From positions 515,438-579,437 of the forward strand of contig CAVPHZ010000001.1 of NCBI GenBank assembly GCA_963704905.1: a DNA stretch of 64,000 nucleotides, in the 5' to 3' direction. The stretch comes from Candidatus Chisholmbacteria bacterium. GTDB lineage: Bacteria > Patescibacteriota > Microgenomatia > UBA1400 > Chisholmbacteraceae. Within the stretch, counting starts at the first letter, position 1. Every line of letters begins with the position of its first letter. A program made the translations under genes and the position numbers. The notes under the pieces are model-generated. The model was not told the DNA's origin and made no database searches. It worked only from the letters and a program-made list of their open reading frames with translations. This document shows positions 60,801 to 64,000 of this stretch, piece by piece.

Positions 60801-62769
60801 TAACCTGCTCACCTTAAATGGTGGATTGACAATGAGTGGAACGTTGGATGCCAATGGACAAGTAGATTTGGGAGATGGTGGTGATGCGGTAGCTGTATCC
60901 GGAACAACTGTGACGATAAGCGCTAATGGTTCAACCAATGACATCACGATGAATTTAGTAGACAACAATACTGATGCCTTTGATCTCCAAGAAGGGACTA
61001 ATAATTACATTAACATCAATACTTTGGATGGATCAGAAGAGATTGAACTAGGTAACACTGTAACTAATCCAGACATTACTTTGATTGGGAGCGGAGCGTT
61101 TAACTGTACAGATTGTATTGATTTTGATGACTTGAGTGACAATATGAGCGTGGATGCAGCGACCACCATTAGTCTTGACGCGAATAACTTTGCAATTAAC
61201 ATGAATTCTACTGGGGAGTTTATTCTTCAGGATAATGGTGGAGATATCTTCCGCGCTGATGATTCCACGGGAACAATGACCTTTTCCGATGATGTCGACC
61301 TTCAATTTGCCGGAGCTGAGAATCTTACTATTTCAAATGTCAGCGTCACTAGTGGTGCGGATATTGTGGCTTTGAACATGACTGTTCCCGACTCGACGAG
61401 TGCTGACGCCATGCATATCTCAATTACTGATAATTCAGCCAGTAGCGGGAATGTGCGTGGACTAGTAGTTGAGACAGGTAACGGTGCCGCGACACTTGAC
61501 TCAGCAATCGCGATTAACCACACAGATACTGGTCAGGCAATGACGGCTGGGATTGAGATTACCGGTGATCCTTCTACTGCAATTACTATTGCCCTTGATG
61601 TCGATGATCCTGAGATTGTTACCGCACTTTCAGCTGGGGCAAATGATTTAACGGGGACAAACTGGAGCATTAATGGGTCAACTGGGAGTTTAACATTAAC
61701 CGGTGATGCAGCTGTGAACGGTGGGGATTTAACTTCTACAGCTGGGACACTGAACATCAATGCCGGTGGCAATGTCGATGTTCAAGACGCGTTGAATGCT
61801 GACAGTATAACCACTGACACAGGTGGTGTGACCATTGCTGCTGGGCAGAGTTACACTGGCGCTGGGACTGTGACGCTTTCATCCGGAGGAGCGGCTGGAC
61901 TCACGCTTGACTCAGCAAGTGGAACAATTAACCTGAGTACAAATGATGATTTAGCCGCAAGTGGCGACGTTGACCTGACGTTTGCAGGTACTGAGAACTT
62001 GGCAATGACATCTGACCTGGCCGGGACGGTTAATGTCACCAGCATTGTTACAACTCCTTCGAATACTGCGGGGACGACGCGTGGGATATTTCTTCAGCAA
62101 ACAAATTCTGCCAATACCAATGGCCTTGATAGTGCGATTGTGGTTGATAATGCTGATCTTAATTTGGCGATTGGAACAGCAATTCAGATTACTGACTCAG
62201 GTGGTGGAGGATACACCACAATTCTTGATACACCTACGACTGATATCAGTGGTACTGGTGATATTAGCGTGCCAGCTGGGACTGGACTTGATACAAATGC
62301 AATAGGCACGTTGAATTTGGGAGCTGGTTTGGCAAATGCTATTTCAGTCGGCACAAGCGGGATGACTACAACCGTCAATGGTTCCCTGACGGTTACTGAG
62401 ACGCTGACTGGGACAGGTGAGGTGGTTCTTGGAGATGGTGGAGATAATGTCACGATTGATAGTGCAGATTGGGATATTACCAGTACAGGAGTTGGAACAG
62501 GATTTGATTCTTGGACGGTTGATAGTCTGATTCTCAATGGGATTACCATTGGTTTAACTACCGATACTGATCTGCTTTCCTTAGCAGATAACGCATTGAC
62601 AGTGAATGGTGACATGACGCTCACTGGAGGGGATATCACCGGCGCCGGGGGTGCTGCAATCGATATTGGTGAGGCGAATGCTGGAGATATTACCTTAACC
62701 GGTGATGTCATTGTTGGTGAGGATGCGTTTGTGGGACTTGTCAGCAACTGGAGCGCGGTTCGTTTTTGA
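51805..62769 (+). CDS. Giant surface protein 2: integrase N-terminal SAM-like domain, TM, and more than 3,400 aa of fibre-like repeats
   Basis: FSRFLQQQGLSGVSIKNYTADVNKFIKWL...IDQYLASL...STIKRYTAVLNRFYSW; no R-H-R-Y catalytic domain; TM about 52231-52323; repeated modules. Confidence 0.82.
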   Translation: MSSLPKDFSRFLQQQGLSGVSIKNYTADVNKFIKWLEATADGPVAAHYIRKNHIDQYLASLETEGVAESTIKRYTAVLNRFYSWIHPTQVRKETTPPLARYKPRKRGAPRKASSGRGLSQPDLAQVMEQMKAQESPFAKLASIPMPIAAISGITIVVMFGIAFVSINHLYSLFAGQRTTSTLPAEFATVPGDVFEDLQRGRVLTAQTEGGVLEFGTNVGTGSAALAVDKSDAFVGGFALDESEYITIPESLLLDTAYGRVLAAATSSGVLEINTDTEIAATLTVTGDGTYGGLVTALGGIQTQNADINAGTGELTASNVIYDVLAGTNITITGDAQSPVINADTAGIDTIIGTSGRITVSTAADPVLDISTDYAGQTSISTLGTITNGTWQGTEIDVVYGGTGLTSVASGQLLYGTGTDTLGTRTLAAGTNLTLTDSGTALTYATSLTPTFNYITSTATSSGIATTQYGGDYITTTATSSGFSFNVGDGGAFRFSDGTNTLFQILDGNEFGVASLSGKQNVGDPACQPGQIYFNEAGSVFKACTAENTWTTIADENGPVTFHPASADSWGDANPGIWLDEIGAGSPDLFRLQVGGSSRFVVPNDGGFQSAVGGAGTAYLNLSSTGDFEIQDAGTPFVSFLDNGTVTFDGASTFNTDVNLVMDGAENVTLTNAAATADQLALTVGGVTTDAVDGIVVDFTQADDADGTDTNAALFVDVTSSSGDADTLYGVRIDAITGGAATETALDIGAGWDTAINIGGGSIVTAGGYTQSGASQNTFTGNVDATNGLDVTNADLTVGGANFAVDDATGDITSLGDATIGGRITFENSEYISNETDDLIIFSGSGGSDDTDLVFNLDGVAPVIYSQSDSAIRIDDDLHFVGDQNITTTSGNLSIVPNGILTIDTSSVLNVGTGTATAINFGNASLDSFTVITNGSGDSEVVLPAQSISSTEVLNESLDTNDFAATLTFSDGDFIDLGSIQPTGGINEGFRLPQVTGAIPSPASGEGYLAYRDDANTVEYFDGSSWITIAAQTPLWADDGTITHLISNTDDLSVGGITLASPFSVDVDTNTARIGDGVTTNANLSMYSSTADTGTLTYNTSDTFQFSGGDVLIDQALEVTAITTLSDDLIVGGTTLASPFSVDESANTVRIGDAATGNATLALYASTGQTGSLLFNTSDQFQFTGGDVRMDQDLTVLDDTTLGNAATDSITLTGSIATNVNFLDSGVGTDRSIAGSDATGGNSAGGDLTVRAGNATGVGQGGDLTLAPGLAGGGGTGGDVVFQTGDTVLATRFTIGNDGTLTQSGTGQVTFSGNVDATSGLDVSGGNLTLTAANDIVLSSGALDTTGGVLNIADTNASSIAMGHASLGSLTVVTDGTGDSEVVLPDQSISSTEILDDTVATSDLAASLVFADGDFIDLASIINSAGVNEGFRLPQSSSALGNPSSGEGYIAYRSDSNNIQFYDGTQWVTLASFTPLWTDDGTISYLIDTADDLAVGGTTLNSPFSVDVSANTVRVGSGATVDAVLQLYAQDNDTGNLTYNVNDQFQFSGGDVLIDQDFRVTQTTTLDDDLYVGATGLAAPFSVDESLNTVRVGDGSGTNATITMYASDNDVGSFLYNTNDSFEFQGGNVQVDQNLTVQEDTTFGDATTDTITVTGSFNSNLNFLDADNQNYTFAGADAVTGSGNAGDLTIRAGSGGATTGNGGDLVLAGGTVTSGTAGYIAFQTDNTERLRIENDGDLFFERGSEDLTVQISAPSGASRVATIPALTADDTFVFEVQTQTLSNKSLASPSITGSPTAAGASWTDLGSVSTIDINGGTIDGTSIGVTTPASGTFTTLSSSGVTTIGNGTSTVAIDSSDWDITAAGVGTGFDSWTVDNLIIDGSNIGRTSDPDLLNFANAILTVNGDVRLANNSNIEVGGLTGVAYNAISDGGGSASFASTDNDLYIEDILEVDGTVYIGGKPLSASALWENESNVFHPIDEYAGVVDLTIGGEATSSADIYFSSAGAAVFNEQSNSVNFRVEGNNDPDLIFADGSSDTVTIGAQLELGKLGVRGDQDEIQFRVRGNSTQNANLMVIEQNSGADALSVSNAGLTSTADLTLGLNDTTATISTSDVDEDLTIDPNGTGDIYFNGSTYVLTDSGDFTIGGRQTFENGEYIQNETDDIFAFVGASGVDDTDLYLNLDGSYPILYSNTDTTIGIDDDLQFIGATNISNTSGNLSISAATDLSIDSTSDVNIGPTYAAFITIGSSTLNSVTIDTDGTGDGELILPDSSVSSLEIVNDSLTPTDFAATLTFTDGDFLDLASIVPSSSINEGLRLPQSSGALGEPGSGEGYLAYRTDTNTIQYYDGADWQSVASSTPIWTDDGTITYLISATDDMAVGGTSLAAPFSVDVSANAVRIGDGTVAGNGRLTMYASDTDQGTIIFNTNDQFEFNGADVLVDQDFRVNGNTTLDDDVYIGATTLAAPFSVDVSTNTVRLGDGTASGDATLLMFSSGGDVGTLAYTTSDEFNFQGGNIRTAGIIVEGNTTLGDQVTDTVTVTGSLNSNVNFLDQNNTSYTVAGADAGTATGNAGNLTIRAGSGGSTSGSGGDLILSAGTVTSGTPGDLNLRTNNVDRLVIQGDGTFRFEEGVNDFILDVNAPTGADRTGTIPTLSSNDTFVFESLSQTLTSKTLISPTISGSPTAVGAAWADLGSVATIDINGGTIDGTAIGGSTPSSGAFTTLSSTGVTTIGNGSSTVAIDSNDWDITSIGVGTGFNSWTVDNVIIDGNDIGLVSDTDLLSFTDSNLTVNGDVTITGGDITGAAGAALDLGEQNSGDVTVTGDLILADDAFIGIGGSAARIVFDSTPTPDQIDILSASLDMNNNIITNIGNAATDFDTNGGLTLAADLAVNGGDLTTTDSTFNLVNNTPTTVNFAGNAGAISIGAVTGTTTVNHNLTVAGVFTANGQANIGDGGDTVAINSSDWDITSTGVGTGFDSWTVDNLIINGNNIGTLTDQDLIVFADNLLTLNGGLTMSGTLDANGQVDLGDGGDAVAVSGTTVTISANGSTNDITMNLVDNNTDAFDLQEGTNNYININTLDGSEEIELGNTVTNPDITLIGSGAFNCTDCIDFDDLSDNMSVDAATTISLDANNFAINMNSTGEFILQDNGGDIFRADDSTGTMTFSDDVDLQFAGAENLTISNVSVTSGADIVALNMTVPDSTSADAMHISITDNSASSGNVRGLVVETGNGAATLDSAIAINHTDTGQAMTAGIEITGDPSTAITIALDVDDPEIVTALSAGANDLTGTNWSINGSTGSLTLTGDAAVNGGDLTSTAGTLNINAGGNVDVQDALNADSITTDTGGVTIAAGQSYTGAGTVTLSSGGAAGLTLDSASGTINLSTNDDLAASGDVDLTFAGTENLAMTSDLAGTVNVTSIVTTPSNTAGTTRGIFLQQTNSANTNGLDSAIVVDNADLNLAIGTAIQITDSGGGGYTTILDTPTTDISGTGDISVPAGTGLDTNAIGTLNLGAGLANAISVGTSGMTTTVNGSLTVTETLTGTGEVVLGDGGDNVTIDSADWDITSTGVGTGFDSWTVDSLILNGITIGLTTDTDLLSLADNALTVNGDMTLTGGDITGAGGAAIDIGEANAGDITLTGDVIVGEDAFVGLVSNWSAVRF

Positions 62770-64000
62770 TGGAACCCCTGCTCCAGATGAAATTGATGTT
62801 CTTTCTGCGACGCTCGATTTGAACAACAACCTGATCACCAATATTGGCAGCGCGGGAACTGACTTTACCTCAGGTGGTGGGTTGACCTTGGCAGGTAACG
62901 CCAATTTGACTTTGTCGAGTGGAACCGGATCGCTTGTCATGACAAATGCCGTGACTAATGTTTCTGAGCAGGTGATTGATATTGCCCCTGGGTTTACCGG
63001 GGGAGGTTCAGACGGGCTTAACTATAATGTTATCGATATCGCGGCGTTTGCGCCGAGTAATGCGAGCGGAACAGATTATGTTGATGGCATTTCGATTGGG
63101 AATCTCACCGATCCGGGAGGGACTATCGAAAGTACGGCGATTGATATTGGGACTGGATGGGATTATGCCCTGCGAGTAGCGGGCACGACGGTGGTTGATG
63201 GTTCTGGCAATATTCCTTCCGGGTTACTGACCGGAACACTTTTTGACTTGGATGCAGATAGCGGGACTCTTCAAAACGTTGAGCAGGGTGATGAAGTTGA
63301 CCATCGCTGGAGGGACAAATATCTCAACCGTGGTAGGCGCGACGGATACGGTTACCGTGAACCTCGACCCCTCGATTACCTTGACCGGGGATGCGGCAGT
63401 CAATGGTGGAGATATCACTACAAATGCTGACGTTTTTAATCTCATCGACACCGATGCGGAGACGGTCAACTTTGCCGGAGCGGCAACCACCCTGAATATT
63501 GGTGCTTCGTCGGGCACGACGGCGATTGCCAATGCACTTGATATCGCCGGGGCTTTAACCGCGAACGGGAATATTGATTTGGGGAACGCGGCTACAGATT
63601 CAATTACATTTAATGGCAGCATTGACAGTAACGTGAACTTTTTGGATGCGGCGGTCGGGGTTGACTATACGCTGGCCGGTTCGGATGCGACGGGGGTCAA
63701 CAGCGCGGGTGGGGATCTTACCGTTCGGGGTGGTAGTGCCACGGGGAATGCTTTGGCAGGAAACTTGACTTTAGCGGGTGGAATCGCCGGGGTAGGCGGG
63801 ACGGGCAATAGCATCATCTTCCAGACCGGGGACCAGGCTTTGTCCACTCGTTTAACAATAGAGAACGACGGGGACATTACCCAGGCGGGAAGCGGGCAGG
63901 TGACGTTTACGGGGAACGTTGATACCACCAGCGGGCTGGATGTTTCCGGTGGGAACCTGACGATTGCTGCGGCAAACGATATCCTATTATCAACTGGTGC
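62702..64000 (+). CDS. Giant surface protein 2, continuation across +1 frameshifts (about 62738 and 63295); runs off the window
   Basis: SATGARFVFDGTPAPDEIDVLSA matches internal paralog SAARIVFDSTPTPDQIDILSA; after 63296 the frame LTIAGGTNIST... appears open to 64000. Confidence 0.72.

Overview
Bacterial chromosomal DNA in the standard genetic code. Gene content and style (CvpA-CAP fusion, PsbP-like membrane proteins, HisKA_7TM kinase, giant Gly/Thr/Asp/Asn-rich surface proteins, few Shine-Dalgarno sites) suggest Patescibacteria/CPR, probably Microgenomates; this taxonomy is inferred. Bases 1-25.4 kb are tightly packed housekeeping and envelope genes: P-type ATPase, CaCA antiporter, glycosyltransferases, EndoQ-like nuclease, pth, lgt, a thiol-redox cluster (CcdA-like, csoR-like, trxA, trxB, dsbA-like), gdhA and a two-component pair. 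Bases 26.7-64 kb form an unusual surface locus with long intergenic gaps and two main features. (1) Three genes share one architecture: a non-catalytic DNA-binding domain of recombinase/transposase type (tandem MerR/IS607-like HTH, IS481-like HTH, tyrosine-integrase SAM-like domain), one TM helix, then an extracellular region. Two of these are giant fibre-like repeat proteins of about 2,800 aa and more than 4,000 aa. (2) Between them is an F-type ATPase operon (b, delta, alpha, gamma, beta, short epsilon) with no subunit a. Its subunit-c-like hairpin lacks the ion-binding carboxylate and is fused to a secreted beta-domain. Together these are a candidate undescribed ATP-driven surface-fibre machine. 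Seven +1 frameshifts in the repetitive genes are probably sequencing errors. No tRNA, rRNA or CRISPR array was seen. All family assignments come from motif recognition, not database searches.
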